Below, in pieces: positions 1 to 10,463 of a stretch of DNA of 64,000 bases (its first letter is position 1; every line of letters begins with the position of its first letter). Below the pieces are notes generated by a model. It saw only the letters and a program-made list of their open reading frames with translations, did not search any database and was not told where the DNA came from. This stretch comes from a virus: the IMG/VR virus record IMGVR_UViG_3300035562_000069, positions 5,781-69,780 of that record; one strand, written 5' to 3'. The translations under genes were made by a program, and so were the position numbers.

Positions 1-294
1 TCACTCAAACGACTGTCTAAAAGTCCAGGAACTGAAGATTTGATGCCTACTTATGAATTTTTGTGTGATATTGCTCACCCTAGCTTTATAGGGAATACAA
101 GCTATTGGTCACATATTGAAGCCATTAATCCTGATGGTTCAGAAAAAAGACTTATGTCACGCTTATCAGACCGGAACTTCAACAATGAAATCACAGATAA
201 AACATTATGGGCCTTAGCTTGGTCCGCGGCCTGTACTCAAAATGCCTTTTTAATAATGAAGAATGCAAACACCGTCTTGCTCAGCAAGATATAA
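1..294 (+). CDS. C-terminal part of an AT-rich hypothetical protein (5' end outside window); weak HEPN/DUF5677-like YxxLCxxxHP motif
   Basis: Frame is open from base 1 (SLKRLSKSPGTEDLMPTYEFLCDIAHPS...); convergent with the giant gene; followed by a terminator. Confidence 0.55.
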   Translation, partial: SLKRLSKSPGTEDLMPTYEFLCDIAHPSFIGNTSYWSHIEAINPDGSEKRLMSRLSDRNFNNEITDKTLWALAWSAACTQNAFLIMKNANTVLLSKI

Positions 295-326
295 AAACAG
301 AATAAAATGCCATTATTGGATACACG

Positions 327-350
327 GCCCGCCTACGAGCGGGCTTATTT
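327..350 (+). terminator. Intrinsic terminator
   Basis: GCCCGC-ctacga-GCGGGC followed by TTATTT. Confidence 0.65.
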
Positions 351-484
351 GAGTTATACTCCACTCACTATTTAGCTCACTATAACGTTAGATAGTTTCT
401 CTTTCGTCACTTTACCAAGCATTCTATTGAATATTGCTCAGAACAGCAAAACCCCAGATAAGTCTTAAGTAAAACAAATTAATT

Positions 485-3400
485 TCACTTATTAAAATAC
501 GGATTAACTCTCTCGACCGCCTGTTGCACCAGTTTATTTCGCTGAGCCATAAAGCGGTCAATCCTTTCCCTCTTCTGCTCGGCCGTCAGAATACGATCAA
601 TGCGCACCAGCTCAATCCGGTTATTCAACTGGCGGAGCTCTGTCTGCGTCGCCGTTAATCCTTTCCGTTGTGACAACTTATCCCTGTTTACCGCCTGCAG
701 CTCTTGAGCATCTTCAGTTCGCCCCTGCTTCCGATACGAATTAATGGTGCTTTGGATCTGATTTACCTGCGTCATCATCCGGTAGAAGTCTTCACTGAAC
801 TGAGTGGACTTCGCCGGGTCGTCACCATAACCACGCAACAGTGATTTAATCACCGGCATTTCGTCCAGTCGCATAGACGCGGTTTCACCATTATCCTGCA
901 TGCCACGCATCATGATATTAGTCGCCCCCATGACATATGCGCCCAGGCTGCCGGTGTACCCCTGAATGATGTGATCCAGCATCTTCGGTGACAGATTTGT
1001 AGCCTCACCGATTTCACGCATTAACAGGCTGGTCTGGTCGTTATATCTGGCCCCCGCAATCAGGTTACTGTCCGCCATGTTCTCGATCGGCCCACCCTTG
1101 AAGAAGTCATAATTCACATACGCTTCAGCGATCGGCATTGCTACCTGTGGGATTGGGTTAAAGGCCATTGTCTCCATGAAGTTGTGGGCCACCAGCTTGC
1201 CAAATTTACCAGCTGAATCTTGACCACCCATGGTGCGAACAAAACGCTCAGGCAGTGTGCCGAACATCAGACCAATTTCGAACGGTTTCGGCAAACGGAT
1301 GTGAATACCGCCGGGCAGCCAGGCATGCCAATAGGTGTCTTTATCCCAGTCTGGCAATTCCTCATAGCGTTTGTCGTCCCAGTTAAGCGCCAGGAGTGCC
1401 AGAGAGGCAGCGGTAATCATGCCGCCGCGCTTGAGAACCGATTTCGGATCTTCTTTAATCGCCCTGCCCAACTTACTCAGTCCCTGCATACGGGCGTTAA
1501 AGAACGGTAGCATGTCACTAAGGTTAATCATGATCTTGCTGGCACCCATCATGCTGAAGTCCATCAGGTCACGCGATTCAAACGCAGCCTGCGCCTTACC
1601 TTTGCCAGATTTAATAGCCGCCTCATAAGTGGCCAGGCGGTTGGCATTCTCCGCCGCTTCACTGAGGTGACGGTACTTTTCAAGCCCGGATCCCAATTTA
1701 TCCATGACATCCTTGCCACTTTTAACAATGGACGACTCGAACTCTTTGATCTGGCTGTCGGTATACCCTTTTCGGCGAAGCACGCCACGGATTGAACGCG
1801 CAGTCGATGCCGGATCATAAACGTTGGAATATCCGCCGCCAAACGTGGCGCCGGCGAACATCATGTCGATAAGGCTGTCATCAGTTTTAAGGGCTTTTTT
1901 GAACCCTGCGAAGGAATCAATACCGGCCTTAAACCCGTCTTTATTGATAGCCCACGAATGGAGCGAGTCACGCAGGAAGTTGCGGATGATGAAGTCCGGC
2001 ATGCTGGTTGTGCCAATCGTCAGCACCTTCTTCGCCTGGCGCGCTGCTTTCATGAATGCAGAGTTGCTGCGTTCAAGGTCGATCATTGTGAATGCACGGT
2101 AAAGCTCAGGGTCATTGACCTGCACCAGTTGCTCTTTGCCGTCAGTGAAAACCTTCACCACATCTTTTCCGATACGCTCAAAATCCATTTTCTTCGGGGA
2201 CTCGATCACCTCTAACATGCCAGTGTCAGCCAGGTTAACCACGGCACGACGCATCGCCTCGTTCTTCATCGAGGCATCCACTGACTTGGCCACGTAGTTG
2301 AACAGGTTCTCAATCGGATCCTTGATCGTCAGGTCGCTGCCTTTCAGTTTGCGGACGGTACTGCTTTGGTTAGCGATGCCCCGTGTACTCCACGGCCCTT
2401 TCACATCACCATTTTCCGCCTCACGGTAATATGGCAAGTACCAGGCACTTTCCCAGTTGGCTCGACTGTCCGGATCAATAAGGCCCATATCCTGCTGCAG
2501 ATCCAAAATCGACTTAATGAAGGTGTCATATTTTTTCTTCTGGGAGTCAAACAGCACCTCATTGCCCTTATTCAGCCCCTTCATATAGGCGATCTCGTCG
2601 GCCGTGAAGTTGTTTTCTTTCCCTTCGGCCATCAGTCGCTCAGACCGGTGGCCAGCAATCCACTTAAGGAAGTTTTCGCGATGATTACCCAGGGCGTCCA
2701 GAATGCCCATCAGCGCATCCTCTTTACCCGTTCCCGCCTGCCGCTCTACAACACCATCGGCTTTATTGTATTTGGGCAGGCCGTGCTCCAGAGTGGCCGC
2801 AGTGACTGAACCAGCACCGGCAGCCATGCGCGCCCCAATGTATGCTGATGATCGGGCATCTGATTTGCCAGCAGCGTCTTCCGCATACTTTAACGGCGCC
2901 ATACCGTCGAAGGTCTTGGTGTTTAATTTGCGGCCCATCTCCTGCAGCCAGCTTTTCAGCTCTGTTCTGTCCTTCGATTTCACCATGCCGTAAAAGTCTT
3001 TGGCCTTTTCGACCTTCCCTTTTTCGACGTTGAACCCCATTTTTCTGTTGGTGATCTCGTCCATGGTGGCTTCACCAGTACGGGAGTACAGCGCGGTGTT
3101 CTTGCGGATATCATCGGGAGAGAGTATATTTTTACTTGAGCCGCTAAGGGTGTTCGCCTCGGGCAATTGGAGCCCGACTGCATGAAGCCACTTAGCGGCT
3201 TTTCCATTATTCAGGTACAGCAGGTTGTTATCCAACTGACGCTGTAACGCTACGTTATTATCCTTCCCGTAAACGCTCGCAATCTTGTTGATCTCAGCAA
3301 ACCCTGCGCCCTTGCCATTGAGATGAATGGCTGCAATCACCGGGTTGCCGTAAACATCCTTGGCCTCAACCAACGATACAAGAGCATCCCCCTCGGTAGC

Positions 3401-6400
3401 AGATCGCATCACCGCGACCGGATCAGCAATGAGCTCAGGTAACCGCTGCATATCCTCCAATCTAACCTGGTGCGCGCGTACAGTTGGATCGGTCGCCTTG
3501 TGCACGACAGATGCTGGCATAACCATTTCCAGATTGCGGACACCAAGAGCCCGATATACTGCCGGAGTATCACCGAGACGCACCATGCCGCGAGGTGCAT
3601 TCTCCATTCCGGCGATATCCTCAACTTCAGCTGCGAAGTTCTTGGCGTCGTAGCTGTCAGGCTTAAACGGATCCTTCCTTCCAGATGCTGAGTAAAGGGC
3701 ATCGGTGCGGCTGAAAGTATCGTCAAACTCCCTGCTGCCTGGCTGCTCTCCTTCATACATTGCTGTACGTTTAAAGCGACCGGCAATGGAGTGCAGGATA
3801 TTGCGGATTTCCGACGGAGTGATATCCCCCGGGTTGAAGAAACCAGCATTACGCAAGGCATTGGTGATGATGGCAATAAGCCGATCCCATACATGGCCCA
3901 ATCCGGTTAATTCAGAACGCTCTGCCATGTGCGCCAGAAACTCATTCGCCTGGACTTCGGGCGACTCGTTGCCGTAGGCCTTTTGCACCTGACGCCAAAC
4001 AGACTGAATTTCCGGGTTCTTGCTATCACGCGTCTGGTGAAGTACGCGGATAATACGGTCATATTCCACATCCCCGATCACTGAGGCCAGGCCATGGTGT
4101 GCCAAAATCTCATGGCGCAACTTGGCGCGCAGCTGCTTGCCGTCGGCAATATTATCGGCAACCACAATCACGCGGCTGAGCTCGGGCTGGTAAATAGCGT
4201 GCACCGTACCAAATTCTTTCGGGATGCCATTCGGCATCATAGCCGCGGCGTCGGCCTGGGACTGAACAACCTGAACTTTGATTTTTGCCGCGCCATTGAA
4301 GCGGCGAACCCACTGGTCAGCAATGTGCTGAGCCTGTTTGTCCCCCATCCCCTTATCCGGTTTCGCCCCGGACGCATCAAAATTGCCCTCAGAAAGGATA
4401 TTGCCACCGCCAATATCAAGGCCATTTTTGGAATAGAAAGCCACGCCGCGATCTGTAGGCTTGGTTTTCAGCGTCTTGAACAAAGTATCGAAAGCATCGC
4501 GAACGCCATTATTCAGCTCTGCTTCTGTCGGATAAGCGTAGGTGTTCGGGTTGCCATGTTCATCCCCTTTTTTGAGGTTGACCAGGTAATCATTGCGGAT
4601 GCCTTTGGCCTCAGCCCGATCGAGGATATAGCGCTCATACGAACGAGCAGCCATTTCCACGTTGGTTGCCCAATAGGGTTTGCTGCGCAGCTCGTCCAGC
4701 CTCTGCGCGCGGGTAACCATGCCGCTATCGCCAACGGCTTTCATAACTCCCTTCCATGCATTCCAGACCTCTTGGCGCACAGGGAAATCAGCCGGCACCA
4801 TCTTCCCATCCTGGAACTTCATGGTCTGCCGGCGACGAACCGTAGCATAATTGTCGCCACGCCCACCGCCTACGTCAGCCTGACCGAAATAGTTGTCCAA
4901 TGCATGGAACCACTCATGCGCCAGCGAACCGGCACCATTATTTTTCGTCAGGTTAATCACCACCTCACCCGGCTCATAATGCGCCTTAACTGCATTAGAA
5001 CCGCCACGTCCGCGCGCGCCGAACGCAAGGCCGAGCTCGCCATTCAGAGAAATGGCTTTTGCCGGAACGCCGATAATGTCGGCCATGTCATGCAGGCTAT
5101 CAAAGGCATCGTTCAATTCTGCCTGGCGGCGACCCGACTCCACATAGTTTCCGAACTGTACCCCACGGAAACCGAATTCTTTATCGAACTGCGTTGGGGT
5201 AACGTCGGCGGTTCGCCTTTCGGCACCGGCTCGCGGGGCGTTGGTATCACGACGTTGCTCGGTACGTGCCTTATCGCGTTGCTTGGCTATTTGGCTTTCC
5301 AGTTCAGCGCGGTTCTCATTGAGATAATCTCGGGCTGCACGAGGATCCTTGAACCCTTCTTTTATTCTGGCTACCCCGCTAGCCCCTTTGTATCCGATAA
5401 AAATGTCCCGAGTGTATCGATCCGCGTGGATAGTGAAATTGGTTTGTTTGGATACTGGAGCGCCAGCACTTTGTTGATCAATGTACGCTCTCGCTTTATG
5501 CATAAAGTTGGCTTTATCCGTATCAGACACTCCGCCGACCGCTGCCCCTTTGGCTGTCTCCAGCTCATAGACCGATTTCCCCGGAGCCGGATACTCTTTG
5601 CCTTCGTACATAGAGTAATGCGAATGACGTACGCGATACTTTGCGGCCGCCGCCATCTGTTCTGGCGGTATTGAAGAAATCAGATCGTGCGTATCCAACA
5701 TGCCACGCAAATTCTTGCTATTGAAAATCTTTTCACGAACATCAGCGACACTGACCCTTCCATAAAGCAGATCTCCGGAAAGTCCCTTCATCGTCTGAGC
5801 AGATTCGACCCAGCGCTGAAGCAAACGTTTAGGTTTGGTCGGTGGGATCTGGGCTCTTAGCATGGAGAGCAATGCCAACTTGTCGCTGCTTACACCGTCA
5901 TCAGACATTTTTCTGTAATCAGGTTGAGGGAACAGCTTGGATAGGGGGTCAGTTCGATACTGCTCATCCGTAGCATCGCGCTCCATCGCCTCCGAGAACT
6001 TGCCCCACTTGTGCTTCGCTGCGCCTTCCAACTTCTGGCCGAAGTCGTCGATCTGGTCTTCATGACGCGTAGAACCATGGTCACTCCCTGTGTCTTCAAG
6101 TTCAGCGTTACCGCGCCAGTGCGGCCTTTTGGCACGATGTTCGTTGAGAACTGGGCTATATTGTGCACCATACATTCGCCGTTCCTCTGGCGTACCATGG
6201 GCAGCCCTAAAGATGCTCATCACATGCCCACCGGCACTATCATCAGCAAGCATCCGCTGTATCAGCTCAGCAGACTCGTCCTTTGTCAGTCCATTTTCTG
6301 TGGCCACTGTCTGTGGTTCTGCAGTTGGCGTTTTTTCTACCGGCATGCGTATAGCATATCCGCCCTCAACTTCTTCGATCTTGGCGCCGGGTGTTTTTCC

Positions 6401-8599
6401 CGAACGGGATGCCTGTGCCATACGTAATGTGGCGAAAGGTTTATCTCCAAAGAAGCGCAGCTCACCGACTGGTTCACCCTTGGCATAGGCTTCGGTCTGC
6501 GCATCAATGAGAACGCCACCAGTACGCTGTCGATTGTCCGGTAATCCTTGAGGCTGGTTATTGGCACCGATGCCTTCAGAGTATTCACGCAGGTTACGTT
6601 GATCACGTGTCTCTCCCCGGGTGAATGCTGGTGCTGACCCAGCTTGCACATCGTCGGTATTGGCTTCTGGCCCATTGGCGAAAATGATGTTCTTGTCAGT
6701 TATTGCATTGCTGGGGACAGTCTCACCATCATAGGTCTGGGAAGCTCGGCCAACTTCATTCCCCCGAGGATCCTCATCGCGCGGGATGAATTGCTGGCCC
6801 CTAACCTGCTCCCCTGCCCGGAACTGTGGCCCGGCGCCAACTTGCTCGTCATCAACATTCACGTTTGCCACTTCACCTGGCATGGCAATGACCGACGTTT
6901 TACCCGGAGATGGTAAGCGCGGCATAAGCGCTTCACGGATTTGATCTGCCCGCTCCTGCGCCGCCAGCTCTTCAGAGGTATAGCCCTGGTCACCTGACTC
7001 CATTTGCTGCTGGATTAACTCATCAGCCGTCGGCGATGGCTGTTGCTCCGCCAAGGCACGCTGCACGTCGTTATCTTCGGCAAAACCTTGAATGCGCGGA
7101 TCTTGGCGCAGATATGCTGGAGTGTCCCTGAACTCGTCGGCACGCGTTGGCGCAGCGCCGGCGACCTCTTCAGCGGCAAACGGACCATGTGCTGTTTGTG
7201 CCGGTTGCTCAGGCATCGACTCAGGATTATTGCCGGTGACCGGCTGCTGCTCTTCGGTGGCACCTTCAGCATTAACTGGTTGATTTTGTTGATCAACATT
7301 CTGCTGCTCAGGTGTTGATCGGCTACCGCGAAAACCGCCAACGGCACCGATGGTTCCCCCCATACCGGCACCAAGAACTGCATTACTTGCACCGGTGGTC
7401 ACAACATCCTTCATAGGATCGATTTTTTGCCCAGCAGTATCAATAAGCTGTTGGTTCTGGACATATCGCTGCCCAGCGCCCTGCGCAAATTCAGTAGAAC
7501 CTTCAGCCGCAGCCCCTATCAGGGCACCGGAAAGCACACCTGACGCGGCTCCTTTCTTTGTAAGCAAATTGAGAAGTGTATGATCGCCCAGCGTTGATGC
7601 CGCGATATTGATGGCCAGCATTTTAGGATCGGCTGTTACTGCGCTAGCCGCCTGATCTGCAATCTGATTCCTTGCTAGTGTGAGTTTTTCGCTGTCAGAA
7701 AGGGAGGCAGTAACAGGGTTCAAATCCACATTATCGAACGCTTTTTGAAAGGAAGGACTTTGCATTAAATCCGTAAAGGACAAGGTATTAATTTGTTCAC
7801 GCATATCAGTACCACCGCCACCTTGGGCGGTGGCTGCCATGGTGCCAACGAAAGCAGTTTTACCCGCAACAGAAGCAGCTCGCTCTGCAGTTTCTTTCGC
7901 AACCTGACGTGCCGCTTCCTCCGGAAGTTTTTTACTAATCCTATTAAAAATAGAGTTTTCGACAGCGTTTCTTGTCGCGACTGCTCCAAGCTTTGATACC
8001 GCCCCGCCAGCAAGTAATTGCGACACCGTAGGGATCGCATTCATCATCCAAGCATCTTTGTCGAAAAAGCCAGAACCTAAGCGATAATTCCCTTTTCCGT
8101 CTTGCTCAATGAAAGGCATCGCGGCGGCTGGTTTTGCCCCTTCACTGTACCCACTAGTAATTGCATCAGACATCGAACCAGCAAGTTTTCCTGCTGCATT
8201 TAAAGCTGCAGAGCCAGCATCAGATAATGGATTTCCTTCATTATCACGCATCACTTTTAGCATTGCAGGGTCAATGCCTAAATCAATTAGCGGTTTGCTC
8301 TCTCCAGAACGGTATCCAGAAGTTTTACGGTCAAGCATTTCATTGCCTGCATCAAAAATCTGAGCACCAGACCGAACCATCTCTAAAGGTGCTGAAACAG
8401 CAGAGCGAGCAATATCGCCGAGGCTAATACTCGGATCGGGAACCACAGATTTTCGGCCAGCGGCCTCGCGCGCTTTACGCACCTGATCCCAGTCGAAACC
8501 AGTGCTGCCAGTTTCACCTGGCTGCCGGATATTCAGCGATTCACGGTTGTTGTTTAATGCTTGTTCTTCAGGTCGCTGTTGTTGCGGATCATAGGCCAT
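485..8599 (-). CDS. 2704-aa giant virion/ejection polyvalent protein (933W/Phi24B giant-gene type) with LPD5-like, zincin HEWFH, LPD1-like, HEILAH metallopeptidase-like, MuF-C/PBECR-like and C-terminal LPD38-like regions
   Basis: Last gene of the ejection block; motifs IDDFGQKLEGA, FRGVQFGNY...GSLAHEWFHALD, YWATNVEMAARSYERY, LRHEILAHHGL, RLPELIADPVAVMRS...IASVYGKD, ELPDWDKDTYW...RLPKPFEIG. Confidence 0.85.
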   Translation of the reverse strand: MAYDPQQQRPEEQALNNNRESLNIRQPGETGSTGFDWDQVRKAREAAGRKSVVPDPSISLGDIARSAVSAPLEMVRSGAQIFDAGNEMLDRKTSGYRSGESKPLIDLGIDPAMLKVMRDNEGNPLSDAGSAALNAAGKLAGSMSDAITSGYSEGAKPAAAMPFIEQDGKGNYRLGSGFFDKDAWMMNAIPTVSQLLAGGAVSKLGAVATRNAVENSIFNRISKKLPEEAARQVAKETAERAASVAGKTAFVGTMAATAQGGGGTDMREQINTLSFTDLMQSPSFQKAFDNVDLNPVTASLSDSEKLTLARNQIADQAASAVTADPKMLAINIAASTLGDHTLLNLLTKKGAASGVLSGALIGAAAEGSTEFAQGAGQRYVQNQQLIDTAGQKIDPMKDVVTTGASNAVLGAGMGGTIGAVGGFRGSRSTPEQQNVDQQNQPVNAEGATEEQQPVTGNNPESMPEQPAQTAHGPFAAEEVAGAAPTRADEFRDTPAYLRQDPRIQGFAEDNDVQRALAEQQPSPTADELIQQQMESGDQGYTSEELAAQERADQIREALMPRLPSPGKTSVIAMPGEVANVNVDDEQVGAGPQFRAGEQVRGQQFIPRDEDPRGNEVGRASQTYDGETVPSNAITDKNIIFANGPEANTDDVQAGSAPAFTRGETRDQRNLREYSEGIGANNQPQGLPDNRQRTGGVLIDAQTEAYAKGEPVGELRFFGDKPFATLRMAQASRSGKTPGAKIEEVEGGYAIRMPVEKTPTAEPQTVATENGLTKDESAELIQRMLADDSAGGHVMSIFRAAHGTPEERRMYGAQYSPVLNEHRAKRPHWRGNAELEDTGSDHGSTRHEDQIDDFGQKLEGAAKHKWGKFSEAMERDATDEQYRTDPLSKLFPQPDYRKMSDDGVSSDKLALLSMLRAQIPPTKPKRLLQRWVESAQTMKGLSGDLLYGRVSVADVREKIFNSKNLRGMLDTHDLISSIPPEQMAAAAKYRVRHSHYSMYEGKEYPAPGKSVYELETAKGAAVGGVSDTDKANFMHKARAYIDQQSAGAPVSKQTNFTIHADRYTRDIFIGYKGASGVARIKEGFKDPRAARDYLNENRAELESQIAKQRDKARTEQRRDTNAPRAGAERRTADVTPTQFDKEFGFRGVQFGNYVESGRRQAELNDAFDSLHDMADIIGVPAKAISLNGELGLAFGARGRGGSNAVKAHYEPGEVVINLTKNNGAGSLAHEWFHALDNYFGQADVGGGRGDNYATVRRRQTMKFQDGKMVPADFPVRQEVWNAWKGVMKAVGDSGMVTRAQRLDELRSKPYWATNVEMAARSYERYILDRAEAKGIRNDYLVNLKKGDEHGNPNTYAYPTEAELNNGVRDAFDTLFKTLKTKPTDRGVAFYSKNGLDIGGGNILSEGNFDASGAKPDKGMGDKQAQHIADQWVRRFNGAAKIKVQVVQSQADAAAMMPNGIPKEFGTVHAIYQPELSRVIVVADNIADGKQLRAKLRHEILAHHGLASVIGDVEYDRIIRVLHQTRDSKNPEIQSVWRQVQKAYGNESPEVQANEFLAHMAERSELTGLGHVWDRLIAIITNALRNAGFFNPGDITPSEIRNILHSIAGRFKRTAMYEGEQPGSREFDDTFSRTDALYSASGRKDPFKPDSYDAKNFAAEVEDIAGMENAPRGMVRLGDTPAVYRALGVRNLEMVMPASVVHKATDPTVRAHQVRLEDMQRLPELIADPVAVMRSATEGDALVSLVEAKDVYGNPVIAAIHLNGKGAGFAEINKIASVYGKDNNVALQRQLDNNLLYLNNGKAAKWLHAVGLQLPEANTLSGSSKNILSPDDIRKNTALYSRTGEATMDEITNRKMGFNVEKGKVEKAKDFYGMVKSKDRTELKSWLQEMGRKLNTKTFDGMAPLKYAEDAAGKSDARSSAYIGARMAAGAGSVTAATLEHGLPKYNKADGVVERQAGTGKEDALMGILDALGNHRENFLKWIAGHRSERLMAEGKENNFTADEIAYMKGLNKGNEVLFDSQKKKYDTFIKSILDLQQDMGLIDPDSRANWESAWYLPYYREAENGDVKGPWSTRGIANQSSTVRKLKGSDLTIKDPIENLFNYVAKSVDASMKNEAMRRAVVNLADTGMLEVIESPKKMDFERIGKDVVKVFTDGKEQLVQVNDPELYRAFTMIDLERSNSAFMKAARQAKKVLTIGTTSMPDFIIRNFLRDSLHSWAINKDGFKAGIDSFAGFKKALKTDDSLIDMMFAGATFGGGYSNVYDPASTARSIRGVLRRKGYTDSQIKEFESSIVKSGKDVMDKLGSGLEKYRHLSEAAENANRLATYEAAIKSGKGKAQAAFESRDLMDFSMMGASKIMINLSDMLPFFNARMQGLSKLGRAIKEDPKSVLKRGGMITAASLALLALNWDDKRYEELPDWDKDTYWHAWLPGGIHIRLPKPFEIGLMFGTLPERFVRTMGGQDSAGKFGKLVAHNFMETMAFNPIPQVAMPIAEAYVNYDFFKGGPIENMADSNLIAGARYNDQTSLLMREIGEATNLSPKMLDHIIQGYTGSLGAYVMGATNIMMRGMQDNGETASMRLDEMPVIKSLLRGYGDDPAKSTQFSEDFYRMMTQVNQIQSTINSYRKQGRTEDAQELQAVNRDKLSQRKGLTATQTELRQLNNRIELVRIDRILTAEQKRERIDRFMAQRNKLVQQAVERVNPYFNK

Positions 8600-8621
8600 T
8601 TGGGACTCCAGAATTTAGGCA

Positions 8622-8695
8622 TAAAAAAAGCCCCGCTGGTTAGAGCGAGGCTTGGCATCATTGGGGAATTTAGCGCATTACCGCCAAGAATGTAA
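8622..8695 (-). promoter_or_regulatory. Late promoter-terminator cassette, copy 1 (upstream of giant gene)
   Basis: TTACAT-17bp(...ATGCGC)-TAAATT-cccc-AATGAT, then hairpin AAGCCTCGC/GCGGGGCTT and U-tract. Confidence 0.8.
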
Positions 8696-8721
8696 CTTTT
8701 TACTCACAAGGCATTTAGCTT

Positions 8722-8730
8722 TGTTATAAT
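8722..8730 (+). promoter_or_regulatory. Extended -10 promoter for the DUF4365-like moron
   Basis: TGtTATAAT 25 nt upstream of the ATG at 8756; back-to-back with cassette 1. Confidence 0.6.
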
Positions 8731-8755
8731 CAAATAAAAAGAAGGAACTTGGTAT

Positions 8756-10333
8756 ATGAATGCAAGAAACGTTGGAAAAATGGGTGAAAACGCCATTACT
8801 TATTGGTGTAGCCAACAAAATATTACAGCAACATCCCCTTCAGAGGATCGCCATGGATGGGATCTCTTGCTTGAATTTCCGAAGGAAACTCACAATACAA
8901 TCTCTGGGGATCAACACCCTCCTGCAATTGAATGTAAAGTACAGGTAAAATCCACAGATAAAAAAACAAACACTTGGGCAATTAAACTTTCCAACCTAGA
9001 AATGATGGTAAAATCCCCACTGCCGTCATTTTTATTATTCCTTCACTTTGAAAAAAGCATCTCGGTTAAAAATGCATATCTAGTTCACATAGACAAAAAT
9101 ATTGCCTCAAAAACTTTAGAAAGGTTAAGAAAACTGAGTGTTTTAGATAATAAGTATGACTTTCACAACCACACAATAACAATACCTTATGGTAACAAAC
9201 ATGAACTAGATACATTAGATGGTTCGGGTTTAAAGAAAAAAATAGAGTCTTACATCCTTAATTACAGTAATTATGCTTCAAAAAAGGAAAGACAAAATAG
9301 TGAGGTAGGCTACAATTCAACCAATAGCCATGGCTTCACTCTAGAGCTAACAGAGAAAGAACACAAAGAAGAATTAATAAATTTATTCTTAGGAGAGATC
9401 AAGGAAGCAAAAAACTTTAAAATGTCTATATTTAACAATAGATTTGGCATTAAGGAAATTACAGAGAATTTTGAATTTGGAACATGTAGACTTTCTTTAC
9501 CCGAACCATATAAAAAAGAAGAAACGTCTGAAATAACCATCATTCCAAATGACATCAAATCCAACACTCAAGCAATCCCTTGTACAATAATATTCCCACC
9601 ACCTTTAGTTAGCGTGAATAGTGAATTGTTTAAATTTAAGATTGAAACTAAGTTTTTCAATATAATAATGGCGCCTAACTCCGGCACATTCAATATAAAA
9701 CAGATAGTTAATTCAAATGAAAAGCATCAAATAAACGAGCTCTATGATGGATTAAAAGCTCTTGAAACCATGATATTCAAGCAAAAAAACTTCTCAATTA
9801 AATTGAAAACAAAAGATATGGAGCCTATTTTTTATCATAGTGGAAAAGTTAAATCAAAAAAAGGAACAGAAACTAAAAACATCACTATTGAAACTTTAGA
9901 TAATTTAATAAAATTATGTAATGACTTTAGGATAAACCACAAGGTAAAAATTAGCATTAATGAGTTAGACCATTTAACACAACCGATAAAAGAATTCTCA
10001 ATGATAAATACTAATTCCGAAGCCGCTATCAAAGCATCGTTTGAATTTGATAAAGCGTCAAACACCCCTATAAATAAAAATTTAGTTGGCATAGGTAGGA
10101 CAGGGTTTGTCTTTGACGGATATTTTATATATAAAATATTTTCAACTTCAGGCGTGGTGTCTAAAATTAAAAACTCTGGAACATTCTTAGCTAGAGGAAT
10201 TAAAATTGAATCCACGGAAATATTATCTTGTACTGAAAACGACCACGTTATTAAAATGAATGGGCACATTGATGACATTATAAAAAACTATGATAAAATA
10301 GGTAATGAGTGTTTATTATTGTATCCTAAATAG
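8756..10333 (+). CDS. AT-rich moron: N-terminal DUF4365-like PD-(D/E)xK nuclease plus uncharacterised C-terminal region
   Basis: EDRHGWDLLLEF...KVQVKST...PLPSFLLFL motif; opposite strand to late genes; own promoter and terminator. Confidence 0.7.
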   Translation: MNARNVGKMGENAITYWCSQQNITATSPSEDRHGWDLLLEFPKETHNTISGDQHPPAIECKVQVKSTDKKTNTWAIKLSNLEMMVKSPLPSFLLFLHFEKSISVKNAYLVHIDKNIASKTLERLRKLSVLDNKYDFHNHTITIPYGNKHELDTLDGSGLKKKIESYILNYSNYASKKERQNSEVGYNSTNSHGFTLELTEKEHKEELINLFLGEIKEAKNFKMSIFNNRFGIKEITENFEFGTCRLSLPEPYKKEETSEITIIPNDIKSNTQAIPCTIIFPPPLVSVNSELFKFKIETKFFNIIMAPNSGTFNIKQIVNSNEKHQINELYDGLKALETMIFKQKNFSIKLKTKDMEPIFYHSGKVKSKKGTETKNITIETLDNLIKLCNDFRINHKVKISINELDHLTQPIKEFSMINTNSEAAIKASFEFDKASNTPINKNLVGIGRTGFVFDGYFIYKIFSTSGVVSKIKNSGTFLARGIKIESTEILSCTENDHVIKMNGHIDDIIKNYDKIGNECLLLYPK

Positions 10334-10389
10334 CAATGGCTTATATAATATAAAACCAGCATTCTATTATTATGGACTAATGCCATGTG

Positions 10390-10440
10390 AAAAAACCACT
10401 AATGACCACAATGTTATGTGTTTGGTCATTAGTGATTTTT
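10390..10440. terminator. Bidirectional intrinsic terminator
   Basis: 12-bp stem CACTAATGACCA/TGGTCATTAGTG flanked by A- and T-runs, between convergent genes. Confidence 0.75.
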
Positions 10441-10463
10441 GGAGATTATTAACCCCCTCTAAT

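Noticed and set aside
4094-5674. 526-aa plus-strand ORF (and similar ones such as 14432-15274, 12440-13162)
   Set aside because: Antisense shadows of long real genes; no RBS or recognisable motifs
10397-10434. Hairpin arm TGGTCATT is complementary to the AATGACCA part of the 17-nt start repeat (possible antisense regulator)
   Set aside because: Only 8 nt match and it is locked in a 12-bp terminator stem; likely coincidence
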